This document shows positions 1 through 9,253 of a DNA stretch of 64,000 bases, one piece after another. Both the position numbers and the translations under genes were made by a program. This DNA is from Candidatus Brocadiia bacterium (GTDB lineage: Bacteria; Planctomycetota; Brocadiia; SM23-32). The notes below the pieces were generated by a model. That model made no database searches. It was not told where the DNA came from and saw nothing but the letters and a program-made list of their open reading frames with translations. Positions within the stretch are counted from its first letter, which is position 1, and every line of letters begins with the position of its first letter. The DNA is taken from contig JBKHIT010000018.1 of assembly GCA_046538485.1 (NCBI GenBank), positions 17,166 through 81,165 on the forward strand, read 5' to 3'.

Positions 1-1348
1 CCTCAAAATTGATGGGTTCAAGCCCCAGGGTCAGAGGCCAACCCATCTCCGTGAGACTTTGCCCGAAAAACGAGCCCTGAAAAAAGGTCCCGAAAAGTGC
101 ACTGGCTATCCCTGCGCAGCCAATGACAAATCCGACATCTTGAACCTCCGCCCGATCGGCGATTTTGTATGTCACAATCCCAATGGCCAGCAGACAGAGC
201 CCGTGTCCGAGATCACCGAAGATCACCCCGAACATCAGAAGAAAACTGACGGCGAAAAGAATCGTCGGCTCGATTTCTTCATATCCCGGCACGCCGAATC
301 CCTGGACGAGCCGCTGAAAAGGCTGCAACCATCCGGGCAGACGGGTATAAGTGGGCACTTTGCCGGAGTCAATTTCCTCCTCCGTGGCTTCGCGCGTCTC
401 GCAAATCGCGTTACCGTCCGTCACTCTGTCAATCGCGTTTCGCACGCGCCCGATCTGCTCTTCGGGGGACCAGCCTGTAATGATTGCGGTCGCCCAGGTG
501 GATCCGTATTTTTGTTCGGCCTGGCTGATCCGTAGCTGGCGGATCACAGACCGATACGCAGCTCTGAGTTCTGCGGCGTTCGTTTTCCCCAGCTCGCGCA
601 ATGGTTCCTGCATCTCTTCTCGTTGCTCTTTAAGCTCATCGCGTTCTTCCCGCGCTCTGTCGTAAATCGCCGCCGGCGCCGCCTCGTAATCTCTGGGCAA
701 CTTTTGTTCTTCGAACTGATAATCTTCCAGAATGGTCCGGAGGGCAAAACGGCTCCGACGGCTGCTCAGGGCCAGGACTCGGTGAACCGTCGCGCCCGCC
801 CCTTCCGGTTTAACGGGTTCGCCGATTGAAACGACCACAGCATCATCAGGCAGTTCCTTCTGTGCGCCGGGAATCCGTTTTGCCGGCATGTCGCCGGCAG
901 TTACGTGCAAAAACGAAGTTTCCGAAAGCTCCTGCGGCGAGACTTCCAGATCGCGGTACGGCAACACACGATCCATTACGTCTTTGGCCTGCGCAATTTC
1001 TTCTTCCAGATCTTTCAGCGCATCTTCAACCGGCTGGATTCGGCTTTCGATATCTCCAACCAGCCGCTCAATGCCGTCCAGGTCAGCCGGTTTCCTCTCT
1101 CCTTCCGACTCTATCAACCCTTCGTGATCGACTTCCAGGCGGTCCATGGCTTTCTCCAGCCGCCTTTTCAGCCCCTCACACCGCTCAGCGCGTTGCTCAA
1201 GCTCTTCTCTCACCTCACGGCCCTCCTGTCCCTCTTCGGCCTGCGAAAGTTCAACGGCCCCCAATCGTCCCAGCGTTTCAGTAACAACATCCACCTGACG
1301 CTTCAGGACGATAATCCGGATGCGTTGCATGTGCACGTGGACGAGCAT
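1..1348 (-). CDS. ntpI: V/A-type ATP synthase subunit I (5' part; runs off the window)
   Basis: Absent from the ORF track because it has no stop in the window. Manual translation gives N-terminus MLVHVHMQRIRIIVLKRQVDVVTETLGRLGAVEL and the family motif GFGVPGYEEIEPTILFAVSFLLMFGVIFGDLGHG. It follows subunit C. Confidence 0.9.
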   Translation of the reverse strand, partial: MLVHVHMQRIRIIVLKRQVDVVTETLGRLGAVELSQAEEGQEGREVREELEQRAERCEGLKRRLEKAMDRLEVDHEGLIESEGERKPADLDGIERLVGDIESRIQPVEDALKDLEEEIAQAKDVMDRVLPYRDLEVSPQELSETSFLHVTAGDMPAKRIPGAQKELPDDAVVVSIGEPVKPEGAGATVHRVLALSSRRSRFALRTILEDYQFEEQKLPRDYEAAPAAIYDRAREERDELKEQREEMQEPLRELGKTNAAELRAAYRSVIRQLRISQAEQKYGSTWATAIITGWSPEEQIGRVRNAIDRVTDGNAICETREATEEEIDSGKVPTYTRLPGWLQPFQRLVQGFGVPGYEEIEPTILFAVSFLLMFGVIFGDLGHGLCLLAIGIVTYKIADRAEVQDVGFVIGCAGIASALFGTFFQGSFFGQSLTEMGWPLTLGLEPINFE

Positions 1349-1367
1349 TTTTGAACTTTCTTTCCAC

Positions 1368-2378
1368 TCAATTCCCGTAATAGGTCGATTCCACAACCTG
1401 GAACAGGTTTCTTAATTCATTGCGGCGAAGGTAAAAATAACTGACAAGTATCGCCGGGCCTCCGAGCATTTGCCGGTACAGCCTGTTTGCGCAGGTGGAT
1501 GTCCGACGCCAGAGTTTCTCTTCCATCTTCAGCAGGTCCCCGGCATCTTCCGCAGTCAGAGAAGGCACGGCGCTCGCGATATTCTCGGACGACGGATCGT
1601 TGAAAATTTCTTCCAGCCTGCTGCTGGACAGGAAAAGACTCCTTTGCTCGGGTATGGGCCCGTTCCACTGGCAAAGCACGTTCGAGAGATTTTCCCAATC
1701 GATTTTATAATGGCGGCCGGCCCGCACAACCGCCAACAACCGTTCGGATGCCGCTTCCAGAGCAAGGGGCCCGGCACATTCGGATCGGTGAGAGATACCG
1801 ATGTTTTTGAGACCAGCGCTTACGCCGTCCCAATAAGCTTTCATAAGTGCCATTTCAGTAAACGCCGTGGTGTTCGATTTTTCATCGAGTTCCACGCCCA
1901 ATTCTGCGGCAGAAAGCAGTTTTTCTGGCAATTTTTGAACAAATTCCGATAGGTCGGAACTTGAGAGTAAGGAGGCCGAGGGCACAGCGAGACTGTCGGG
2001 CAGATTCACCACATACTGGCTGCGGTCGACCTCGGCGCCGCCGACGAACAACCGCAGCAATACATGGATGTTATCGATCTGGAACCGCGACAACATAGAG
2101 AAGTAAAAACGCGCCAGCGGGGGCGAAAGGTAACGCGTGAAAGAAACAAGCTCGTCGGTAGCATCCTGGCGAAGTTGGCGCTCCAGACCCAGGCGTCGTC
2201 CCGGCACCCTGCGAGGGTAGAATCGCTCCCAGAGTTCTTCAACGCTTTTCATACGTTTCAGTTCTTCCAGGCTCTCACCTTCAAACAACCGCCGTTTCCG
2301 GCCCCGCAACTTCGCGTTCACAAAAGCAAGCGGACAGTTCATAAGCGATTCGGGATTTGCCGGCAACGTTTGTTCCAC
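1368..2378 (-). CDS. ntpC: V/A-type ATP synthase subunit C (AC39 family)
   Basis: 336 aa; N-terminal AFVNAKLRGRKRRL, central RFQIDNIHVLLR and C-terminal YFYLRRNELRNL are typical of subunit C; operon context. Confidence 0.8.
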   Translation of the reverse strand: MEQTLPANPESLMNCPLAFVNAKLRGRKRRLFEGESLEELKRMKSVEELWERFYPRRVPGRRLGLERQLRQDATDELVSFTRYLSPPLARFYFSMLSRFQIDNIHVLLRLFVGGAEVDRSQYVVNLPDSLAVPSASLLSSSDLSEFVQKLPEKLLSAAELGVELDEKSNTTAFTEMALMKAYWDGVSAGLKNIGISHRSECAGPLALEAASERLLAVVRAGRHYKIDWENLSNVLCQWNGPIPEQRSLFLSSSRLEEIFNDPSSENIASAVPSLTAEDAGDLLKMEEKLWRRTSTCANRLYRQMLGGPAILVSYFYLRRNELRNLFQVVESTYYGN

Positions 2379-2445
2379 GGCCGATTTCCTCTGTTTGTTT
2401 AGAGGCTACCAGAAACCGGGATTTTGCCGGCAATGCCTGGCGCCC

Positions 2446-2772
2446 TCAGTCATTGTCGGTTTCGGCCCAGGCAACAACCCGAACGACCCGATCCACAGAT
2501 TCCTGGATCTTATCTTCGTCCATTTGCTCGATCAGTGGCGCAGCCTCGCGGGCGTGCTGGAGAGTTTCTTTTCGTTCCTGCTGTGCTTCTTGTTTTTTCT
2601 CTTCAACAAGTTTTTCCGCTTGTTCTCGCCCTTCCTGCTCAGCATCTTTTTTTATCTGCTCGGCTTCTTTGCGCGCTTCGTCCTTAATCTTCTCGGCCTC
2701 ATCGCGAGCATCTTCCACGATCTTTCTGGCCTTCTCTTCGACTTGAAGCAAACTTTCAATGGAATCGCTCAT
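2446..2772 (-). CDS. V/A-type ATP synthase peripheral-stalk subunit (G/H type)
   Basis: 108 aa E/K/A-rich coiled coil (IESLLQVEEKARKIVEDARDEAEKI) directly upstream of subunits C and I. Confidence 0.75.
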   Translation of the reverse strand: MSDSIESLLQVEEKARKIVEDARDEAEKIKDEARKEAEQIKKDAEQEGREQAEKLVEEKKQEAQQERKETLQHAREAAPLIEQMDEDKIQESVDRVVRVVAWAETDND

Positions 2773-3230
2773 TGTTCCTCGTGGGCCTCATTAATGATCT
2801 GTATCACATTTTCGGGATCGCGAGCAGAGATCAGTCGATCGTAGACGTTAGGGATCTGCACGAGCAGTCCGATATCGGCAAGGGCCTCAATAGTCTGGCT
2901 CGGTTTGTCCGGCGCCCCGAGCAGAAGAAACACAAGATAAACCGGTTCGTCGTCGACAGCATCAAACTCGATCCCCTCAGGAGCAATACCAACGGCGAGA
3001 AGACAATCGTCAACATCCGGATGCCGGGCATGAGGAACCGCCACACCACAGCCAATCCCGGTTGACCCTTTTCGCTCCCGCTCGTAAAGAGTATCAAGAA
3101 TCCCGGCTCGGTCCCCGATTTTATCCTGCCGCACCAGCTGTTCGACCAGTTCGGCAATTACCTCATCGCGTGTCATGCTCTCAACGGGGACTTTGATCAG
3201 GCCGGGTTCGAGAAGATCGCTTAAATTCAT
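2769..3230 (-). CDS. PTS EIIA protein (fructose/Ntr-type, PtsN-like)
   Basis: RERKGSTGIGCGVAVPHAR motif with the phosphorylatable His; GIEFDAVDDEPVYLVFLL. Confidence 0.9.
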   Translation of the reverse strand: MNLSDLLEPGLIKVPVESMTRDEVIAELVEQLVRQDKIGDRAGILDTLYERERKGSTGIGCGVAVPHARHPDVDDCLLAVGIAPEGIEFDAVDDEPVYLVFLLLGAPDKPSQTIEALADIGLLVQIPNVYDRLISARDPENVIQIINEAHEEQ

Positions 3231-3705
3231 TATCGCCTACCGCAGTTATACGAAAAGCAGAGAAGGCCTTTTATTTCAGAAGAACCTCTTTGGGATCAGC
3301 CCACAAGTAAGGGCTTTCGGGCGGAATGATGGACTGGTTTCACGCACACAGCAGGTAAATGTTCCAGTCAGAAATTAACGTGCCCAAACGATCTACAGGA
3401 AAGAAACTCTTTGAATTCATCAGTATAGAGGAAAGACAGAGCCCAATTCAACCGTTAAGAGGAATATGAGCTGTGGGTCGTTTTGCGGTTGGACGACGGT
3501 TAATTTGCTTTGAATTGCCACCGAGACGCAAAAGGGGCGGGGCAAAGTTCCCGAATTTCCTGAGAAACATTTTTGAAGGCTTTTGTCACACAAAATACCT
3601 TTATCGGGACATAGCTCTTTCGTAAAGTAAAATTCTACCCTAATCGGGCAAGAATGGGTTCCAATTGGCCGTAAATCCGGGCTGGTGGTCCGGAAACAAT
3701 CGTGC

Positions 3706-4380
3706 TTAAAATCGGAACAGCAAACCCATCTGCACCGCACAACCGCTGTAATCGAGATAGTCTGGCGCAAGCCAAGTGCTTGTTGGATCGTCCTCGACGT
3801 CAAACTCAACGTCCCAGTAATCCACCGAAGCACAAAAGGACACACGTCGTCCGCCAGCGGTAACTTTTGCGCCAACTCCCCATCCTGCTGTATCTTCGAA
3901 TTCCACGTCGGAATCCCCCTGCCATTCCGGTGCACTGAAATACATGGGTCTGAAATGGGGGCCCAATGTCACCTTCGAGCCAAGTTTAAATGGAACGCTC
4001 AAATCAGCAAATGCAAACGAAGTAGGCGCTGCTGAATTGAGTAAACTTCCACCGCCGAAGGTAACATCTATATAGTTGATAGGCGTATTGAAACCCACAC
4101 CGGCACTCAATGATGGGACCCAACTGGCATCGCCATCGACTTCTTCATATTCCCATCCGGAACCAGTATAATAATATGTCTCGAATTCCTCCACATCCGG
4201 GCTGATCAATACGCTGGCGGGACGGAAATCCAATATCGCATAGACGGGACGCTCTCGGCCAGTATATACCGGCCCTTGCGAGGGTGCTCTCGCTTTTTCT
4301 TGTGCCAGACCGCTTCTGCTGCACATCAGCACAAGCATAAAAACAATCAAGAGATTAAGTTTGCTTTCTTTAAAAAACAA
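3706..4380 (-). CDS. Putative outer-membrane beta-barrel protein
   Basis: Signal peptide, alternating hydrophobic strands, C-terminal Phe (QMGLLFRF); AGGAGG RBS before the TTG start. Confidence 0.65.
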   Translation of the reverse strand: MFFKESKLNLLIVFMLVLMCSRSGLAQEKARAPSQGPVYTGRERPVYAILDFRPASVLISPDVEEFETYYYTGSGWEYEEVDGDASWVPSLSAGVGFNTPINYIDVTFGGGSLLNSAAPTSFAFADLSVPFKLGSKVTLGPHFRPMYFSAPEWQGDSDVEFEDTAGWGVGAKVTAGGRRVSFCASVDYWDVEFDVEDDPTSTWLAPDYLDYSGCAVQMGLLFRF

Positions 4381-4448
4381 GCCAAACCTCCTTTAATCCA
4401 GGAACCCTATTAAGGGTAGCGAAGTTCCGACTTCGCCTCATCGGTCTG

Positions 4449-4478
4449 ATGATAGGCGCTCTCCAAGTGACCTGTCAA
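4449..4478 (-). promoter_or_regulatory. Putative sigma70 promoter of the beta-barrel gene
   Basis: Minus strand TTGACA-N18-TATCAT. Confidence 0.45.
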
Positions 4479-4503
4479 ACCGAAGCAAAGTTACCATAAG
4501 GGT

Positions 4504-4533
4504 TTGACAGAAGTCGTATCGGGAAAGTAACCT
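4504..4533 (+). promoter_or_regulatory. Putative sigma70 promoter of the lipid cluster (divergent from the previous one)
   Basis: TTGACA-N18-TAACCT upstream of the first ACP. Confidence 0.4.
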
Positions 4534-4619
4534 ATAGTTAGGAAAATACTAAATCTATACTCGGATTCGTTGCCAGGAAATCGCAGATGGTATATGTGCC
4601 ATCTGAAAACGAAACCCCA

Positions 4620-4883
4620 ATGACCGATCCAGAAACCAAAGAAGTCATAAACGACGTATTCGCCGAGGATTTTGAAATCCCCCGCGAGAAACTGCGGCCC
4701 GAAGCGCACATATTTGAAGACCTCGGGCTCGATAGCCTCGATGTCGTCGACCTGATTGCGGCCATTCAAAAGCGGTTTCAGGTACGCGTTCGCGACGACG
4801 AACGCGTGCGTTCGGTACGGACGCTTGGAGATCTTTACGAATACCTGGAAACGGTCCGCAGCGAACTCGAGGCAAAGGATTGA
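4620..4883 (+). CDS. Acyl carrier protein 1
   Basis: EDLGLDSLDVVDL phosphopantetheine motif; small acidic protein. Confidence 0.92.
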   Translation: MTDPETKEVINDVFAEDFEIPREKLRPEAHIFEDLGLDSLDVVDLIAAIQKRFQVRVRDDERVRSVRTLGDLYEYLETVRSELEAKD

Positions 4884-4978
4884 ATAGGCGACCTGGATTC
4901 TTGAAACTGTAACAATGCAGTCCGGCGGGGTAATCGCGTTCGGGTACCTGAATCGATGAATAGACCATCGAGTAGACG

Positions 4979-5722
4979 ATGCTCGTAACCATACAGAATT
5001 TGGTGTTCTGGCCGCTTTTTCTGGCCGCGTCCGCTATTTACATTCCCGTAGCAACCCTCATCATAGCCCCCATTGGTCTGCTTGCCCCGCGACGCTTTGC
5101 CATGCATCGGTTGCGCCGTACGATAACCTGGTATGGCCGGTTGGTTATCTGGTGCGCATGGCCTTTTGTACGGGTAAAATACAAGGATCTGAAACCGGAG
5201 GAAAAAGATGGGTCCTATATATTCATCTGCAACCATCGTTCCTCCTCGGACCCATTCCTCATGGCGTGTTTGCCTTTTGAGTGCGTTCAAATCGTTAACG
5301 ACTGGCCTTTGGAACTCCCTATCCTGGGCTGGCTCGCCCGGCTGGCAGGATATATCGATATAATGAATACATCAATAGAAGAATTTTACGAACATGGTTC
5401 TCGTTTGTTGAATCAGGGTGCATGTATCTGTTCCTTCCCGGAAGGCACCCGATCGGGAAGCCAGCAGATGGGCCCTTTCACAAGCTCGGTTTTCCGGCTG
5501 GCCATCCGGAATCATGCCACTCTGGTTCCGCTGGCCATCACCGGCAATGAAAATATCCCACATAAAGGATCCTGGATACTCCATCCGGGTCTTATCCGCG
5601 TCGACAAATTGCCCGCAGTTACCTGGGATGAGTACGCTGATATGGACGCGTTTCACCTGAAAAATCACGTGCAACAAATTTTGCAGGAGCATATCGACCG
5701 GGTCGAAGGAGATGCTGCATGA
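4979..5722 (+). CDS. Lysophospholipid acyltransferase (PlsC family)
   Basis: NHRSSSD (HX4D) and FPEGTRS motifs; N-terminal membrane segment. Confidence 0.92.
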   Translation: MLVTIQNLVFWPLFLAASAIYIPVATLIIAPIGLLAPRRFAMHRLRRTITWYGRLVIWCAWPFVRVKYKDLKPEEKDGSYIFICNHRSSSDPFLMACLPFECVQIVNDWPLELPILGWLARLAGYIDIMNTSIEEFYEHGSRLLNQGACICSFPEGTRSGSQQMGPFTSSVFRLAIRNHATLVPLAITGNENIPHKGSWILHPGLIRVDKLPAVTWDEYADMDAFHLKNHVQQILQEHIDRVEGDAA

Positions 5723-7017
5723 TTTTCACCAACTACGAAAAACTCGCGTGGAAAGCTCCCGACGAAATAAAACAAACCCAGAACGCGCTTTTGCGCGAGC
5801 ACGTGGAATACTGCGCCGAGCATTCGCCGTATTATCGTCGGGTCCTGGATGAACCGGGCGTCTCCGATCTGGACATCTCGGTTGATTCCCTGCAAAAACT
5901 GCCCCTGACCCGCAAGGCAGATCTCGGGAAATATAACGACGAATTCCTGGCGGTGAACCCCAAGAAGATAGTGGATATTGTATTTTCCTCCGGCACTACC
6001 GGCCCACCGACACGCATTGCCTACACGGAACACGACCTGGAAAGGTTGGCTTACAACGAACGCCAGTCGTTTTTGGGAACGGGAATGACGCCCGAGGATA
6101 CGGTTTTACACACCTGCACGATGGACCGTTGTTTTGTGGCCGGACTCGCCTATTACCTGGGGGTGCGTAGCGTGGGAGCCGCCAGTATCCGCAGCGGTCA
6201 TGCCCCCCTGGAAAGTCATTTGCAAATCCTGCGCCGGTCCGAGCCAACGGCGATTGTCGGCGTTCCTTCCTTCCTGAAAAAACTCGCGGAGTGTGCGGAA
6301 CAAAACACTATCAATCCCGCCGATATGTCCGTCAAAAGTCTTGTATGTATTGGCGAACCCGTTCGCGACGAAAACCTGCAATATTTGCCTCTCGGTCGGA
6401 TTATTCATGAAAAATGGGGCGCCGATGTCTACTCAACCTATGCTTCCACCGAAGCGGTCACGACGTTCTGTGAATGCACCAAACAACAAGGCGGGCATCT
6501 CCATCCTGAATTGGCAGTGATTGAAATCGTCGATGACCAGGGGGACCCGGTTAAGCCGGGTGAAAATGGCGAAGTTGTGCTCACTCCTCTGGGGACCGAA
6601 GGGATGCCCCTGATCCGTTATCGCACGGGCGATATCTCTTTCCTGCTGGAGGAGCCCTGTGGGTGTGGCCGAAACAGCGTCCGCCTGGGACCGATACTCG
6701 GACGCAAAAAGCAGATGATCAAATACAAGGGAACGACGCTGTATCCGCAACCCATCGCCGCGGCCCTGCAAACCATACCCGCTATTGAAGAACATTATGT
6801 CGAAGTCGCGGGCGAAGAAGCCTTGTCCGATCAGCTCACTATCCATGTCGCGGTCAGCGATCCCGAATGGGACGCCGATCGCATCGCCGCCCGACTGCAG
6901 TCACACCTGCGTGTAAAACCGGCGGTTGTTATCGAAGAGCTCGAGTCTCTGCGCAAAGAAGTTTTTGACCCCAAATATCGCAAGCCGATGCGTTTTGTTG
7001 ACCGGAGGACCACGTGA
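5719..7017 (+). CDS. Phenylacetate-CoA ligase family (PaaK-like) adenylate-forming enzyme
   Basis: SSGTTG P-loop, TYASTE, PLIRYRTGD and CGCGR motifs. Confidence 0.9.
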   Translation: MIFTNYEKLAWKAPDEIKQTQNALLREHVEYCAEHSPYYRRVLDEPGVSDLDISVDSLQKLPLTRKADLGKYNDEFLAVNPKKIVDIVFSSGTTGPPTRIAYTEHDLERLAYNERQSFLGTGMTPEDTVLHTCTMDRCFVAGLAYYLGVRSVGAASIRSGHAPLESHLQILRRSEPTAIVGVPSFLKKLAECAEQNTINPADMSVKSLVCIGEPVRDENLQYLPLGRIIHEKWGADVYSTYASTEAVTTFCECTKQQGGHLHPELAVIEIVDDQGDPVKPGENGEVVLTPLGTEGMPLIRYRTGDISFLLEEPCGCGRNSVRLGPILGRKKQMIKYKGTTLYPQPIAAALQTIPAIEEHYVEVAGEEALSDQLTIHVAVSDPEWDADRIAARLQSHLRVKPAVVIEELESLRKEVFDPKYRKPMRFVDRRTT

Positions 7018-8498
7018 GTATTAACTGCCCAAACCCGATAGATGGATTCGGCTTTTCTGAAGAAGAAATTGCCGAAACTGTGGAACGCAGGGGCCTGTTG
7101 TCAATGGAAATAGAATTTTCCCAGGCGTGCAATTTCCGTTGCCCATATTGCTATAACGAGGAGGCTTTTGAGGCTCAGGAACTGAAACCCGAAGAAATCG
7201 ATGACGTCGTTATCCAGGCCAAAGAACTGGGCGCCAAAAAAATCATTATCCTTGGCGGCGAACCGATGATCTACCCCGAAATACGGGAGCGAATTGAATT
7301 TCTGCGGGAAAATGATCTCACGGTGGAAATGTTTACAAACGGGACAAATATGACGCCGGAAAACGCCCGTTTCATGTATGAACATGACGTCGCGGTGGTG
7401 CTGAAACTCAACACCTTCGACCGGGAGCTCCAAAACGAATTGACCGGTTGCGAGAAAGGGTATGAAATCATCCACAGTGCTCTGGACAATCTGCAGGAAG
7501 CCGGCTACCCCTCCCCCGCCAAACGCCTGGCGATAAGTACAATCATATGCCGCCAGAACATCGACGAACTTCCCGATCTCTGGCGATGGGCCCGTCAACG
7601 GGGAATCGAACCGTATTTCGAAATGATCACACCTCAGGGACGGTCCATTGCCAACGAATGGCTCCTGGCGCCGATTTCGGAACAGAAAGAACTATTCGAT
7701 GAATTGTCCCGCATTGATCGCGAAGAATTCGATCACAAATGGGATCCCCAGCCTCCCCTGGTGGGCAACCGGTGTTTGCGTCACCAATTTTCATGTCTGG
7801 TTACTTCGGATGGCAATGTCATGCCCTGCGTTGGAGTAACGATTCCGATCGGCAATATCCGCGAAGAACCGCTTGAGCAGATTTTGGATCGTAGCGAAGT
7901 TATGGAAAAGCTACGGCACTTCTCGGAATACATCAGGGAGCCGTGTCGTTCGTGCGAAAGATCGGGCGGCTGCTACGGATGTCGCGGTAGCGCCTATCAG
8001 TTGACCGGTGATTTTCTGGCAGCCGATCCGTTCTGCTGGCACAATGAGGACAAAGAAATTCAAGCTCTGCCGCGTCAGGTTAAACCATTTCTACCCCACG
8101 AACGTCCCATGTTAATGGTCAAGGAACTTGTTTCGGCCGGCGAACGGCGGGGGAAAGTGCGCGCTACCCCGTTGGCAGAGGACATCTTCGTTAATGAAGA
8201 TGGTGTGCTGGACGAAACGGCTTACGTTGAATTACTGGCTCAATCGATTGCCGCTGTACACGGTTTTCTTCAGAACGAAGAAGAACGAAAAAACCATGAT
8301 GGCCTGCTCATGAGCGCCAGAAATGTAGAAGTCTCCGGGCTCGCTCATGTCGGGGATACCCTCGAGATAAGTGTTCACAAAACCGTTAAAATGGGTGATT
8401 TCGGGGTTGTGCAGGGTAGTATCAGTAAAGACGGTGCTGAAATAGCAAACGGACAGATTAGTATCTGGCAACCTTCCAACGGAGAAAAAACAATATGA
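7014..8498 (+). CDS. Radical SAM/SPASM protein with C-terminal hotdog-fold (dehydratase-like) domain
   Basis: CNFRCPYC, GGEP; SPASM cysteines (MPCVG...CRSC...CYGCR...DPFC); then LPHERPMLMV...VELLAQ, typical of FabA/FabZ/ApeP hotdog proteins. Confidence 0.85.
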   Translation: MSINCPNPIDGFGFSEEEIAETVERRGLLSMEIEFSQACNFRCPYCYNEEAFEAQELKPEEIDDVVIQAKELGAKKIIILGGEPMIYPEIRERIEFLRENDLTVEMFTNGTNMTPENARFMYEHDVAVVLKLNTFDRELQNELTGCEKGYEIIHSALDNLQEAGYPSPAKRLAISTIICRQNIDELPDLWRWARQRGIEPYFEMITPQGRSIANEWLLAPISEQKELFDELSRIDREEFDHKWDPQPPLVGNRCLRHQFSCLVTSDGNVMPCVGVTIPIGNIREEPLEQILDRSEVMEKLRHFSEYIREPCRSCERSGGCYGCRGSAYQLTGDFLAADPFCWHNEDKEIQALPRQVKPFLPHERPMLMVKELVSAGERRGKVRATPLAEDIFVNEDGVLDETAYVELLAQSIAAVHGFLQNEEERKNHDGLLMSARNVEVSGLAHVGDTLEISVHKTVKMGDFGVVQGSISKDGAEIANGQISIWQPSNGEKTI

Positions 8499-9253
8499 AA
8501 AGACTTTCCTTCCTGATGATAATGGCTCTTCTTGCTTTTGGGCTCGCGTTTGGAGAAGAAAAAAAAGAGGGGAACGCCGAAAAGGATTCCAAAAAATCCG
8601 AAGAAAAACAGAAAGAAGCTAACGCCAAAGAGGAAGGCGAACCTGAGGAGGGGAAAAAAGAAGAGAAAAAGCCCGACAAACGGACTAAGAAAGAGATCAT
8701 GGAGGATCTCGAAAAACACCTCTCCGAAATCGAGACGGTTCAGGCACGCTTTGTTCAGGAAAAACACCTCGCCATGTTTGAACGCAAAATGACCATCGAA
8801 GGACATCTGGCCGTCGCCAATCCGAATCAAGTGGCCTGGCATGTCCAGAAACCGGTCCGTTACCGGATGGTCATTTGTGGTCCGAAATTGAAACAATGGG
8901 AAGAAGATACCAACGAGGTAAAAACGCTCCGGTTGGACAAAAACGCCACCCATAAGGTAGCATTCGAGCAACTCACCGCCTGGTTCGCGGGTCGGTACGG
9001 GGATCTGCGAGAACGCTACAATGTCGAAGTAATGGACCGCGATCCTCTGACACTTACTTTCACGCCGAAAGAAGGTGGCGACATGGAATCGATTATCAAA
9101 AGTGTCCGGGTCGTGTTCCGCGACAATGAAGATTACCTGAAAAAGATAAAAATCACCCAGGGCAACGATGATGTGACAATAGTCCGCTTTTTTGATCTGC
9201 AACTGAACGAAAAAGTCGATGAAGAAGTCTGGAGGGTCCGCCCCGATGAGTAA
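8495..9253 (+). CDS. LolA-like lipid/lipoprotein carrier
   Basis: Signal peptide, K/E-rich linker, then TVQARFVQEKHL...EGHL...WHVQKP LolA-type fold. Confidence 0.8.
   Translation: MKRLSFLMIMALLAFGLAFGEEKKEGNAEKDSKKSEEKQKEANAKEEGEPEEGKKEEKKPDKRTKKEIMEDLEKHLSEIETVQARFVQEKHLAMFERKMTIEGHLAVANPNQVAWHVQKPVRYRMVICGPKLKQWEEDTNEVKTLRLDKNATHKVAFEQLTAWFAGRYGDLRERYNVEVMDRDPLTLTFTPKEGGDMESIIKSVRVVFRDNEDYLKKIKITQGNDDVTIVRFFDLQLNEKVDEEVWRVRPDE

Noticed and set aside
3271..3420. Short minus-strand frame with an in-frame TGA (possible selenoprotein)
   Set aside because: No recognisable redox motif, family similarity or convincing SECIS element.
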